A stretch of 64,000 bases of DNA from the NCBI GenBank assembly GCA_000002445.1, contig CM000208.1, positions 1,248,001-1,312,000 on the forward strand, in the 5' to 3' direction. The notes below the pieces were generated by a model. It searched no databases and was not told where the DNA came from. It saw only the letters and a program-made list of their open reading frames with translations. Positions 12,504-24,400 of the stretch are shown here, piece after piece (the stretch's first letter is position 1; each line of letters opens with the position of its first letter). The position numbers and the translations under genes were made by a program. The stretch is from Trypanosoma brucei. Taxonomy: Eukaryota.

Positions 12504-13832
12504 ATGTCATCAGAAATAGAGCCACATATCCTCCGGAAATATGAGATACAAGCACAGTTAGGGCAGGGGGCGTATGGCATCGTCTGGCGCGCAATTGACC
12601 GGCGGACGCGGCAGGTTGTAGCGTTAAAGAAGATATACGACGCTTTTCAAAACGCAACTGACGCGCAGCGAACCTTCCGTGAAATAATGTTTCTCCAGGC
12701 TCTTAGTCACCCAAACATAATTAAATTGCTTCATGTGCATCGCGCAACGAATGACAAGGATATTTACCTTGTATTCGAGTACATGGAGACGGATTTGCAC
12801 GTCGTAATTCGTGCCAACATCCTGGAGGATATCCATAAGCAATTCATAATTTATCAGCTTCTGAAGACAATGAAATACCTTCACTCGGCGGAACTGCTGC
12901 ATCGCGACATGAAACCGTCAAACCTGCTTGTAAACAGCGATTGCTCAATGAAAGTGGCAGATTTTGGGCTAGCACGCTCCATTCTATCGCTTGAAAAGGA
13001 GCAAGTGGCGCGTCCCGTACTCACTGATTACATCATGACACGTTGGTATCGGCCACCTGAGGTTCTTCTCGGCTCCACTCGCTACACGAAGGGTGTTGAC
13101 ATGTGGGCCATCGGATGCATTCTCGCCGAGTTACTTCTGGGACGACCCATATTCCCAGGCCGCACCACAATGAAACAGCTAGAACTAATTATCAATGTTC
13201 TAGGTGAACCCACAGCGGAGGAGATTCGGTCGACGAACTCCCAGTTTGCCGAAGCTATGCTGAAGGACACGCGTCGTACGCAAACCACGACGTTCGCGGA
13301 ACTGCTTCCCAAGGCCCCTCCTGATGCCCTGGACCTCGTACAGAAGCTCATGCGCTTTAACCCAAATGAACGACTAACCGCTGAGCAGGCGCTTGAACAC
13401 CCGTATGTGGCGGCTTTCCACAAACCCCAAGATGAGCCATCTGCTCCCGCACCCATAACTATTTCCCTCCCAGACGATACCCGCTTCACCATGCAAGAGT
13501 ATCGTGAGCGGCTATACCAAGAAATTGCTAATGCACGGCGCAAAGTCCGACGAGAGGTATTGGGCTCCGGCGCGCCTACTCGTGGAACGCATTCCTCATT
13601 GGCCACAGGAACGGCTTCTGGAACCTCAGAGGAAAAAAAGGAAAATGCACGTGTGTCGTCGGCGGCCACACGACCGGCGTCATCATCAGCTGCCCGTACC
13701 ACCGCCACCGCGGGCTCATCTTCGGGTGCCGGGTTGCACCGCACGACCGTTGCGTCACGATCAGCGCAGCACCACACGCGACCGGCAGTACACCGACAGC
13801 CCTCTGGAGCCTCTCGTGTGTTGCACAAATGA
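12504..13832 (+). CDS. ERK8: MAP kinase of the MAPK15/ERK7-ERK8 subfamily.
   Basis: Motifs: GQGAYGIVW (Gly loop), VALKKIYDAFQNATDAQRTFREIMFLQ (nearly identical to metazoan ERK8), HRDMKPSNLL, DFGLAR, activation-loop TDY (VLTDYIMTRWYRPPE). The C-terminus is a Ser/Thr/Ala-rich tail. PolyY-AG upstream at 12265-12316. Confidence 0.9.
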   Translation: MSSEIEPHILRKYEIQAQLGQGAYGIVWRAIDRRTRQVVALKKIYDAFQNATDAQRTFREIMFLQALSHPNIIKLLHVHRATNDKDIYLVFEYMETDLHVVIRANILEDIHKQFIIYQLLKTMKYLHSAELLHRDMKPSNLLVNSDCSMKVADFGLARSILSLEKEQVARPVLTDYIMTRWYRPPEVLLGSTRYTKGVDMWAIGCILAELLLGRPIFPGRTTMKQLELIINVLGEPTAEEIRSTNSQFAEAMLKDTRRTQTTTFAELLPKAPPDALDLVQKLMRFNPNERLTAEQALEHPYVAAFHKPQDEPSAPAPITISLPDDTRFTMQEYRERLYQEIANARRKVRREVLGSGAPTRGTHSSLATGTASGTSEEKKENARVSSAATRPASSSAARTTATAGSSSGAGLHRTTVASRSAQHHTRPAVHRQPSGASRVLHK

Positions 13833-14461
13833 AATTAAGTGCGGTCGTTGGGAGGGCGACATGTTAACGCACAGGCGGGTGTTTGGGAGGAAAAAGGGGG
13901 GGAAAAAAAGGAAGAGAGATGGTCGTGTTGTTACGGTTTCTTCTTCCGTATACTCGCTTCTTCCCTTTTGTTTCTGTTTTCCTTTCCTAGTTTTACCAAC
14001 CTGTGAGGGCAGTGGATGTTCGTATGTTCAGACGTGAAGGTTTTCCCCCTTTTCGTCTTCTATTACTGCGTGTCGCAAGTGGTTTTTTTTTTTTTAGGGG
14101 GGGGGTTGAGGGTGTTATTACAGGTGGAATGATAGGGGGAGAGACTAGATAAAAAGGGAATGTTTGGGAGGCTAAAAACAAAAGCAAAAACTGAAAGAGA
14201 TTAAAAATGGGTGGAGAGTGAAATGAAGGGAAGATAAGAAAAATCGAAATGTTATTTTGTTTGGCAAGGCGTTGTGGTGGCGTCATGACGCTGGGAAACA
14301 AAAAAAATTTTGCCAGAGAAATGGCTGTTTCTTTCATGGATTTTGCAGTCTGACTCTGTAGATGTCACTGTCCCGTGCCCCCTATGCTGGCAGCTCCGGG
14401 ACTATTCTTTTCTTTTATGTGTAGCAGTTCGGTTGACTTGCGGAGTCCTTATGTTGACTCT

Positions 14462-14490
14462 CGTTGTTGTTGTTGTTGTTGTTGTTGTTG
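14462..14490. repeat. (GTT)n microsatellite, about 10 units.
   Basis: gttgttgttgttgttgttgttgttgttgttg seen directly. Confidence 0.9.
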
Positions 14491-17387
14491 CTTCCTTCCC
14501 CAACACAGAGCCTCTGCTTCTGTTGGTTGGTTGATGTGGTGCATAATTTTGTTTGCATTTTTTTTTTTCTGTACCTTCCGATCCCTTTCTTTTCTTTCCT
14601 CAAACACTTCCTATTTCTACATGTCTCCTGTGGGGCCACACTCGGGATGCAATTAACAGTTGTGTCCAATGCTCGTGCAATGGTGGTAACTGCAATTAAT
14701 AAATTAACTAATTTGTTTGAGCAAGGAGAAGGACTTTATGTGACTGTTGCCATGCCGTAAGGAATGTGGAAACGAGTATTTGAGGGAGGTTTGAAAGGAA
14801 TGTGTAACCCGTTCGAATGGGAAATGGGACTAACAGGATGATGAGTGTGACATTACGACATTTGTTAATAAAAGGTCGATGATTTTATAAATTTACGACA
14901 GATTAGGAATGGACGAGCATGTGTGTGAAGTGTGACGTGTGAAGTATGGAGGGTGAATGGAAGAGGTGTCGGAGAAGAAAAAAAAAGATGAAATAAAAAT
15001 AAGCAAGGGATGGGGAACAGAAATGCATAGGTGCAACAGAGAGAGCGCGTGAGAGGTGGTTGGCAACGTTTGTGACGTGCATGAATGGGAAATGGGGGGT
15101 GGAGTGGTTCATAACGTAGGTCGAACGGCCCTTTTTTTTTTTTCCTCTCTGGTCTTTAAATATAGAGGAATAATTGAAGCGGATTCCGTCAAATAGAATT
15201 CAGAGGGAGGGAGGGAGGGGGGAAATTCGCATTTGCCCCGCACTGTCCCTTTATATGCATTTCCCTCTTTCGTTGTACCTGTTGGTTGGCGTCTTTTTCT
15301 TACCATTTGTTTTTTTTTTTTAATCTCCCGGTGCGGTTTGTGTTTGTGTGGCGTCATCATTATGTCGTCCTGTGATTTATTTGGGCAGTGTGCTCGTGTT
15401 GGCGTTTGTTTTTTTCTTTTTTTCTTTTTTTCGCTTTCGCACCCGCGTGTGTCGCTGTTACCGCTTCTACACCCGCCTTTCCTTATATTTTTGGCCATGC
15501 ACCACCCCGTCAGCTGCTGGTTGGCTTCATTCTGACAGAGAACTATGAGCACAGAAGAAAAATAAAAAAAGAAGGAAGAGCAAGAAGAAGTGGAAGAAAA
15601 AGAGGAGGAAGGGGAGCGTGGGCTAGCAAATATTGTATGCTTTGAAGGGGGGGGGGGTTTCTTTCTTCTTGTTATTGTTGTTTAGCTTTGCGTTCCTTTT
15701 CATTTTCTTCCGTCTTGTAAATGGTAGTATGCAAACGAATATATACATATATATATATATGTATATGTGTGTGTTTGTGTGTGTGTTTGTGTAATATGAC
15801 GATACCGGGGTTCACCAAGACCAGTTGGCTGTTGGGCCTGGGCCTGCTCTTTGGTGGACGATAATTATATGACGCACACATATTCCCTTCTGTCAGTTTT
15901 GTGCTCGTGTAATCTTTTTTTTTTTTCGTAGCCCAGCTTTTGTTCTATGCTGTACGGGTGTGTATGTGCGAGCACCATATGTAGCGCACACTGTTTGCCT
16001 TCCACTCTCTCTTTGTATATGTGTGTACATGTGTGTGTTACTTTTTTTTTTGTGTGTTTTTTTTGTTTTCTTATGTTGGTGGTTGCTTTTGTCTTTTTTG
16101 GTCGGTTTCCGTCTATTACTATATTATTATTATTATTTCCACCACAGCTTCCATTGGTGCCTCTTGCCATCAATTGCCGCTTGCTTTCACAATTCAAAAC
16201 CCGCTTGAGCTCACGGTTGTTTCGCCGCGTAGTGTGGACTTTAATGATTTACTCTTTTTATCTATGTTTATTTATTTATCTATATATTTATATCTATTTA
16301 TATTTTTATATATATGTCTGTGTGTTCCTCCTTTAGTTACCCGAAGTCTCCGTCGTTCCCTTTCTTTCTTTCTTCCTAAACCCCTTCTTTGTTGTTGCTC
16401 TTACGTTGGGCATGCTGTATTTTGTGTTGCGTCCTTGCGGCGTGTACTGCACATCTGAAAATGGCTTAAATCTCTTCCAGTACACGTCTTCCCTTTTTCT
16501 TTTTTTCTTTTTCCCCCCCATTCCTCTTTACTTCGTGTGCTTATCGTTCTGATTTCTCGTATTCACGTACTTGTAGCAGGCATCAGTGCTATTAGCGCAT
16601 ACACACGCTATTTTAATGTAACAAAATCAAGTAAAATGCAGCTACCCGATAGAGGGATATCATTTTCTCGAAAGCATCAGCAGTGGAACTGCCATCGAGA
16701 GATATGTGAGGTTTTGGGTTACGCGACACGCAGAAGTAACCGGATGGCGATGCAAAAGAAATAACAAAAAAAAAAAGAAAAAAAACATGTTGATCCGGTT
16801 GGAGTAAAGTGTGGGGAGCTTCATAATTCGTTTTTTTTTTACTTTCCTCACCTCTTTCTCTTTCTCTCTCTTTTTCACTGCTCTCATATGGAGCGTGAGC
16901 GGGCGGCGTTTGTATTTACTCCAGTTGTGGCACTGCTCTTCCAATTTCTCCTCTTGAGTGTCAATTTATTACTGTGCTGTGTTCTCATATATTCCAATGA
17001 TGTAGTGTGTGTGTATGTGTGTTCTATGAGGCATGCAACTATTTTTATTATTTTTTTTAAAAATAGCCCGTGTGCCATACTGATACCTCCGTTGGTAATG
17101 AATAAAATGTACACTCGCTTATTCGCCCATTGAATAAATTCTCGATGCCTTTTTTTTTCCATATATATCCCACACCCTCATTTAATACACCGAATCTTGA
17201 AAATTTTATTTTATTTTTATGTGCGTGTGAGAGTAAAGGACGAAAAGAAAACAACGCCAGGAGCAGAGGGAGTAATCATAGCTTTAACGTGGCATTTCAA
17301 CATTTGTGCGGGCAATAGCGTCGTGTGAAACAGGGTGTGTATTAGTGGTGTGTTTGTGAGAGGGGCGGGTACTTTTCTAGTTTAAAA

Positions 17388-18932
17388 ATGTATCGGCCAA
17401 CTAACAGATGCGTGGCGGATGTGGGACAGGGAAACCCACCAAACTTACAGCAAGTTATGTATTCAGGTTCTGTGCCGCAGACGGCGCCCGTGCAAATGCA
17501 ACTTCATCCGCATCCGCAGTCGCAGTCGCATATGGTAATGCGGCCGCAAGCGCATACAATGGCGACAGCAGTGAACTCCAAACCCAAAGTTCACGTCGTC
17601 AGTCGAAGCCCACCTTCGCGAAGTGGCGCCTCTCAAGGCGAGCGTAGCGGTACCGTTCGTTTTGTGTGCCCGCGTACGAACACCATTGTGTGTGCAAGGT
17701 ATAATCGTACCGTGCACACACGCGCAAAGCTCCAGCATGGTGCAGTTATTTGTGAGGATTACATGCACAAGTTGCACTGCCCAGAGGGTGATCAATGCCT
17801 TAAGGTGCACGTTGCAGCGGAACACACATGGAACTATATTCTACCACATATTGGTGCCCCACAAGGGATTTTCCAACATGGTTTCACAGTTCGGTGTTTC
17901 CACCCCAGCATGACGGAGTACTTCAACATCCCCAGTGAACTCGTGTACTACACAAAGGGAAGCATGGAGTACATCTACGATTATAATGAGCATGGTGATA
18001 ACTCCAAGAAAAAATTTGTACTGTGTGAAGAAATGATCAATAACAGAATATGCATGTCCGGTATGGCTTGCGAGGACGTCCATGCTGTCATGGACGACTT
18101 TAGTTCCGTAGGTAGAAACAGCACACACATCGTCGATGAGAAACTGCTTCCGCTCTATCCGCGCCTTCGTCCCGATGTTGTGGTGCGTGTGTTTGAGCAA
18201 AACAGTACTGAAGAGTATAAGGACTACACTGGAGATCAGATTCTTGTGACGGATGGTGCGCGGCAGTATTTGTTGGCTCTTGATGTTGAGGGAGCCATCC
18301 CACGCAAAAAGATGCAACACTGCGCCCACTTCCGCACAAAACATCTTTGCCGCATGGGCAGTGGCTGCAACTTCATTCATGTCCTGCAAGGTCTCGTTGC
18401 GAATGCTGAAATCAGCCCACGGTCCACGTCTCGTAGTGATTCGCCAACTTCTGAACTGAGTATCAGCGTGCGCAACCGTCCAATTGCCTTGCGGCAGTCT
18501 GGCAGTCAGGTTGCAGAGATGTTGGCTGAGAAATATGGATTATCCCGGGATGAAAATAGTCAGGTAGGACGTCATGCATCTCCTTTTGTTAAGCAACCAC
18601 CGAATGAAATGGCGTCTCTCCCTCTCTGTGATGGGGGGCTCTTTCAAAGTAATACCAAATCCCAGGGAAATGCTGTTATTAACAGCAACATTAACGGCAA
18701 TTATAACAAAGAATACTGCCGGAACGACGATTTGTTTCCTTGCGGCGCAGCTGATGCCGGGGACGAGAGGGTAACGCAACGTAATCAACAGGGTGAGCAA
18801 ATACATGACGGTACGCAACCCGTTGCCGTATGCTCCAGATTCCGTCAGATAAGTCCACCACGTCGCAATAATCCATACGCTTCACCTGTTCTCAGCCAAC
18901 AGGCATCGCCACACCCTCGTGAAACCATCTAA
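17388..18932 (+). CDS. CCCH-type zinc-finger RNA-binding protein (ZC3H family) with three C-x8-C-x5-C-x3-H fingers.
   Basis: Fingers at nt 17751-17810 (CEDYMHKLHCPEGDQCLKVH), 18024-18083 (CEEMINNRICMSGMACEDVH) and 18321-18380 (CAHFRTKHLCRMGSGCNFIH). N-terminus is Q/P/H-rich. It is a paralog of the ORF at 56572. By chromosomal position it could be ZC3H30, but this is tentative. Confidence 0.8.
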   Translation: MYRPTNRCVADVGQGNPPNLQQVMYSGSVPQTAPVQMQLHPHPQSQSHMVMRPQAHTMATAVNSKPKVHVVSRSPPSRSGASQGERSGTVRFVCPRTNTIVCARYNRTVHTRAKLQHGAVICEDYMHKLHCPEGDQCLKVHVAAEHTWNYILPHIGAPQGIFQHGFTVRCFHPSMTEYFNIPSELVYYTKGSMEYIYDYNEHGDNSKKKFVLCEEMINNRICMSGMACEDVHAVMDDFSSVGRNSTHIVDEKLLPLYPRLRPDVVVRVFEQNSTEEYKDYTGDQILVTDGARQYLLALDVEGAIPRKKMQHCAHFRTKHLCRMGSGCNFIHVLQGLVANAEISPRSTSRSDSPTSELSISVRNRPIALRQSGSQVAEMLAEKYGLSRDENSQVGRHASPFVKQPPNEMASLPLCDGGLFQSNTKSQGNAVINSNINGNYNKEYCRNDDLFPCGAADAGDERVTQRNQQGEQIHDGTQPVAVCSRFRQISPPRRNNPYASPVLSQQASPHPRETI

Positions 18933-21408
18933 TTTGGAAAACCTGGAGTGTCCCTCTTATTCCACTTCCTTGCGTTTGTGTTTGTTTTGTGGACTTTGTT
19001 GTCTTTTCCGTTTTTGTTTATCTGTCTTTTTTTGTTTTTTTTTTTTACCCATCGTCCCATCATTTCTTTTCGTTTTTTCCCCCTTCCTTTCAGCTCCCTT
19101 TGCCCACGTTCGATTTATTTTCATACCTTTCCCCTTCGTTTTTTGTTTTTTCCTGCTTTTTTTTTAAAAAATATTGTGCCACCTTTTTCCCCCTTTTTTG
19201 TTTGTTTTATTCCGTTGCCGTGAGATGACATTAGTCTTTTACTGTTTTTGTTTTTGTTGTTTCCTCCTTCTTTTTTGCTGATGGCATTACGACTGTGCGC
19301 GGGAGAGAGAAGAGAAAAAAAATGGTAAAGGAGAATGTGACTGATATGTGAGGGGTGTTGAGGTAATTTATTGTTTTTTTTTTAAATAACTATTCTCCTG
19401 TTTCGTCTTATCCCCCACCAAACTCTGCTAAAGTCCTAAAATAGCTGGCGGGTTTGAGATGTGAATAAATTTTGTTTCCTTTTCACCTCCCTTTCTGCAG
19501 CTTTTTTGTCTTTTCAAGTTCCTTTTTTTTTCTTGCTTTCTTTTCCTTTTTTTTCCCCCTTTTCTTGTGCAACTGTGGTGGATGTTTGTTTTATTTGCCT
19601 GTGCGATTTGTGCGCCACTGATTGGGATGGAAAAAAAAAAAAAGGAAAAGAAAGAAAGGCAAGAGGGCGGCGGTGGTGAAAAGGAACGGAATTTGGATGC
19701 GCGTGCTTGTGTGTGTGTGAGAGAGAAAGAAAGAAAGAAAAGAGAAAGGTCATAGTAATGGTGACATCAATAATAATAATAATAATAGTAACAATAAATA
19801 TTATAATCGTAATCATAATCATGGTAATAATGGCAACGACACTAACGGAAGGGGGAAGGGAAAGGGAAAGGGAAAGGGAAAGAGAGAGAGAGAAAAAAAA
19901 AGGCAATACTATACAATTTGGTATGATATTTAATATGTGGTGTTAAGGGAGGGTGTCTTTTTTTTTCTTTTTCTCTAAGTATGTGTGTTGGGAGAGAATA
20001 TCTGAGGCTCCAGTTTTATACATCAATTAGTTTGGAAGTGTGAAATAATCGGGATGGGTAATTTTTCTTTTTTTTCTTTTTTTTTCTTTTATTGCTTGAT
20101 GCAGGAGACGAAATGCGGTGTGTGTGTAGGGGGGGGGGTCATTTTTTTTTCCCCCTTCCGTTTTCTCTTCTCTTCTCTTTTTTTTTAAATCTTGAATGAG
20201 CCGTTGTGCCGCATGTTTTGTGTTTGGTTTCCTCATTTCCATTTGAAGGACTGGGGCCGCTTTTTGTTCATTTTTTTCATTTTTTCATTTTTTCATTTTT
20301 TCATTTTTTCATTTTTTTTATTTTTCTTTTTTTTTTTTTTCATTTTTTCATTTTTTCCTTTTTTTTTTATTTTTCTCATTTTCTGGTCTTCATTTGAGGT
20401 ATGTGCGCCTCCCTTTTTTTTTTGTTTTTTTTTTTTGAACATGAGAGTTAACTGACGGATTGAAGACAAAAGACGCCAAACATTACAAGAGGGGAAGGGA
20501 AATGAATACGAGGGAGAAAGCGAAAAAGATTAAAAAAAAAAAAAGTCATTATCATCAGCAGTTGCGATGGAAAAAAAAAGGAGTGAAAAGGAAAAAAAAA
20601 AGACGAAAGCAAAAGAAGAAACCAAAAAAATAAATAAATAAATAGATAAAATGAGTAAATAAATATAAATATAAATGTGCGCGTGTATGTCAAGGGCAGA
20701 GAAAGGTGAATGCACAAAAGCTGATGTGCGCACCATGTTCTGTGATGGGGACGGAGGCTTAGATTGTATAAGTGCAAATGTATGTATGTTTTTCTTTTTT
20801 TCTCTTTTTTTCTTTTTTTACCTGGCCATGTTTCTTTGTTTTCATTTTTGGGACAATAAGCAAAAAAGTATACATATATTTATATGTGTGAAAGGTACAC
20901 AAGCAAAGAAAGAAAGAAAGAAAAATAAAAAGAAAAAAAAATATATATATATGTACACGTGTGTCTTTGTGTGTGATCCGTTGTCGAGGGGTTGTGGCCG
21001 CCTCTTGGAGCGGTTGCTTTTTTTTTTTTCTCTCTTCTTCTTTGAATTAACAAAATTTTCCGTACTTATATATTTAGAGCCCTCGTCTCGCTCAGTTTAT
21101 ATATGCCCAATTAGTGTGTCCATTGGGGGATATATTTGCTTGTGAGTTACTTAATTATACTTTTGTTTTTTGCAAAAAAAAAAACAACAATAACGGCAAC
21201 AGCTAACAAACGAAAAAGGAGATGAATGAACTGATAGGGGAGGAGCAGAAGGGAGCATCTTTTAGTTCTTTATGCCGTCAAACCCCAAATTTTATTTGTG
21301 TATTTTTTCTTTTTTCCATTTTGTTGTTTCTTTTTCTGAGATTTTTTAAAAATTAAAAATGATCGTGATAGGCGGAGGAAGGGTAAAACATAAATACATT
21401 TACATGCA

Positions 21409-21440
<32 letters not shown>

Positions 21441-24400
21441 TATATGCATATAATTGTATACATATGTGCCCACCTCCCCTTCCCTCCCCTCCCCCCAAAA
21501 TAAAAATAAAAATAAAATAAAATCATCCCTATCACACTTTTTTTTCTTTTTCTTTTTCTCACTTTCCTTTCTTTACGGGCTCCTCTATTCGGCATGCTTT
21601 CCTCTTATTTTCACCAATTAAGGGGAAGATGGAGGGGAGTGGTGGGGCTTGTTTTATTATTATTATTATTTTGGCAATTTGCTTTCATTCAATTTCATTT
21701 TATTTGCAGTTTCTTCTTTTTTCCCCCTTGTGTGTGTGTGTGTGTCTTATCGTTATTATTATCATTATTATTATTATTATAAATATTCCGGTTCTTTTCC
21801 TATTTATTCCGGCGCGTTACATATATATATATGTTTTGTGTCCTTTTACATTGATGTTCATGTTTTTTATTTTCCTTTTCTTTTCTTTTTTGCCACTGTG
21901 ATGATGACCGATGGCGCCAGTAATTATTATTATTATTATTATTTTTACCACTAGCGCTACCACCATAATTATTTTTGATATTATTCTTGATGTGTTTCAC
22001 GAAGGAGGAGAAATAAAACGAAAAATTTGTTTTTTTTTCTTTTAAGAGAGGTAAAAGGTAAGCGAATATAATTATATAATAGGAAGTGTACATCACAAAT
22101 GAAGGTTTAGAGTTGAGGAGTGCGTGTGGTGACGGCAAAAAAGAAAAAAAAGAAATAAATGCAAAATCCAAAATGTCACATAAAGTAAGGTAAAGAGATA
22201 AGGTAAGAAGTGAAATGGAAAAAAAAAAGAAGAAAAGAAACCAATGGACCGTGGGCTACACGCAAAGCGACAGTGGAGTTGCAGTGCAGGGAAACGGAGT
22301 GGGAATGAGAAATGTGTCTACTTTATTTTTATTTTTATTTTTCGTCTTTTCTCAATTTAAAAGACAAAAAAGAAAAGAAATATTTTTATTTTGTTCTTTT
22401 TATTATCTTACCTTACCTCACTTTTTCTTTTTGTTTCCTCTTTATCCTTAATGACAGTTTATCGTATCCTTTACGTTTCCCGCTCCAGAGCCAAATCCTT
22501 AAATCCCTTTTCCTTTATATGTTTATTTATATATTTATTGTTTTTTTTATATGTTTTCTCCCCTTTGCTTCAACACTTAGAAGGTATGATGTGCGAGGAT
22601 GTTGGTGTGGTGTAAAACGAAATCAAAAAAAATATAATAATAATAAATGAAAAAAATGAAGAAAAAATAAAAGATGAAAAACTGGTGGAGTTGTACAATA
22701 GAAATAAATAAAAAAAAATATATATATATATAAGCGGGTTATAGTTGTCTTCATACGTTGTCTTGTATATCCGCTCTTTATACGTTTACTATTTTTATTT
22801 TCATTTTTTTCTTTCGTTTTCAATGAATGAGCACATTTATATATATATATATATATATATAGATATATATTTCTATTTATATACACACAAACAGTCATGC
22901 AGTTATACACTTATGTCTTATATACTCTCTTTCACACACCATAAATTATATACACATGTCACATTTTTTTTCATTTTTTTTTTTGAACTGGAGATCTCTC
23001 TTATTGATTTCATTATATACTTCTCATTTTTTTTCTTTTTAGTGGTGTTATGCTGATGTTTGTGCTTGTGTATTTGTATTATTGTGCCCGTGATTTTCTT
23101 TATTATTAACATTATTAATAGTAATAATATTAATATTATAATATTATTATTATTTGATTTTATTCGGATTTATACTCTCCTCCTTTTTCTTTCTTTTCTC
23201 TTTTGTTATATGAAAAAAAAAATAACAAGAAAAAAGTTGTTTTTCGTCAACTGCTTGAAGCAACCACCACAACAACGGCAAATGTTTTATTGTTGTTGAA
23301 GTCGGAAATATTTTTCCGTAACCCTATCGTATATGATGTTGTAGAGATTTAGGTGCCAACTTTTTTTTTTTAAATTTAATTATTTATTTAATTAATTGTT
23401 TATTCTCCTCCTACTTTCACTTTTCTTTAATTTTGTTGTGATGCAAATTTTGGAAAGTAGATTTCTGTTGGGACAGAAAGAAGAAAAGTGATAGAAAGAC
23501 ACGAGAAAATAAAAATAAAAGAAAATAAAAAGAGACTTCAAAAAGGCAAGAAAAAAAAAGAGAAAAAAAGAAAGAGAAAAAGAAGAAAAGTAGAGAGAAA
23601 CAAGAAACATGAAAGATATGTTGAATGGTACCGTTTGTTTTTTTTTTTTGCCGCGGTGGCATTTCAAATATATCTTTTTTTTTCAATTTTTCAAAACTTT
23701 AATAGAGAGAAGCAAAAAATGAAAGAAAATCAAAAGAAATGAAAGAAAATAAAAGAGAACAAAAACGGAAGGGAATTGGACAAGTTGTTACGAAGTTGCG
23801 CTGAAAAAAAAAACCCATAGGAGAACATTTGCGGGGTGATTCTTTTTGTTTTTTTCTAGAGAGAAAATGTTTTTTTTTCTGGTATGATCGTAATAGTAAT
23901 AATATTGACAATAATAATAATAATTGTTTTTTTTGTTATTGTGTATTTACTTTTGAGTTTATTACTGCTGCAATTAAAAAAAAAAAAACACCACCAACAA
24001 CAACAACAACAACACACACACACAGGAAGGGAGAGGAGGGATGAGAAGAAAAAGGGAGAAAGAAAAGAAAAGAAACCGTTATGAGGTAAGACCTCGGATT
24101 TACCAAGCGTTTTTTTTTCTTGTTTGCTTGCTTGCTTGCTTAATCAATTAATCAAATTTTTATTTTGCTTTGTTTTATTCCACGCGTTTGCTACGATTTT
24201 TTTCTTTTTTTTCTTTTATTGTCATCATTTGTCATGATGATTCTTACTATTAATATTCTGTTGAACCCACATCCTTCCTCTATTCCATTATCTTATATTC
24301 CTCTCTCTTATGTTATGTTATGTTTCTTTTTTTTTTTTACTTTGCTCAACTTTAATTCGCAAACAAAAAAAGAATGAGGGGGGGGGAAAAAAAAAAATAC

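Noticed and set aside
13082-13828. 248-aa minus-strand ORF antisense to the ERK8 gene.
   Set aside because: It is fully embedded antisense in a well-supported kinase gene. It is Ala/Arg/Ser-rich, as expected for the reverse frame of GC-rich coding sequence. No motif.
17841-18389. 182-aa minus-strand ORF inside the first CCCH gene. Other antisense ORFs of this kind: 50069-50587, 49049-49420, 57737-58162, 31110-31442.
   Set aside because: Antisense overlap with strong + strand genes. All credible genes in the window are on the + strand of one polycistron.
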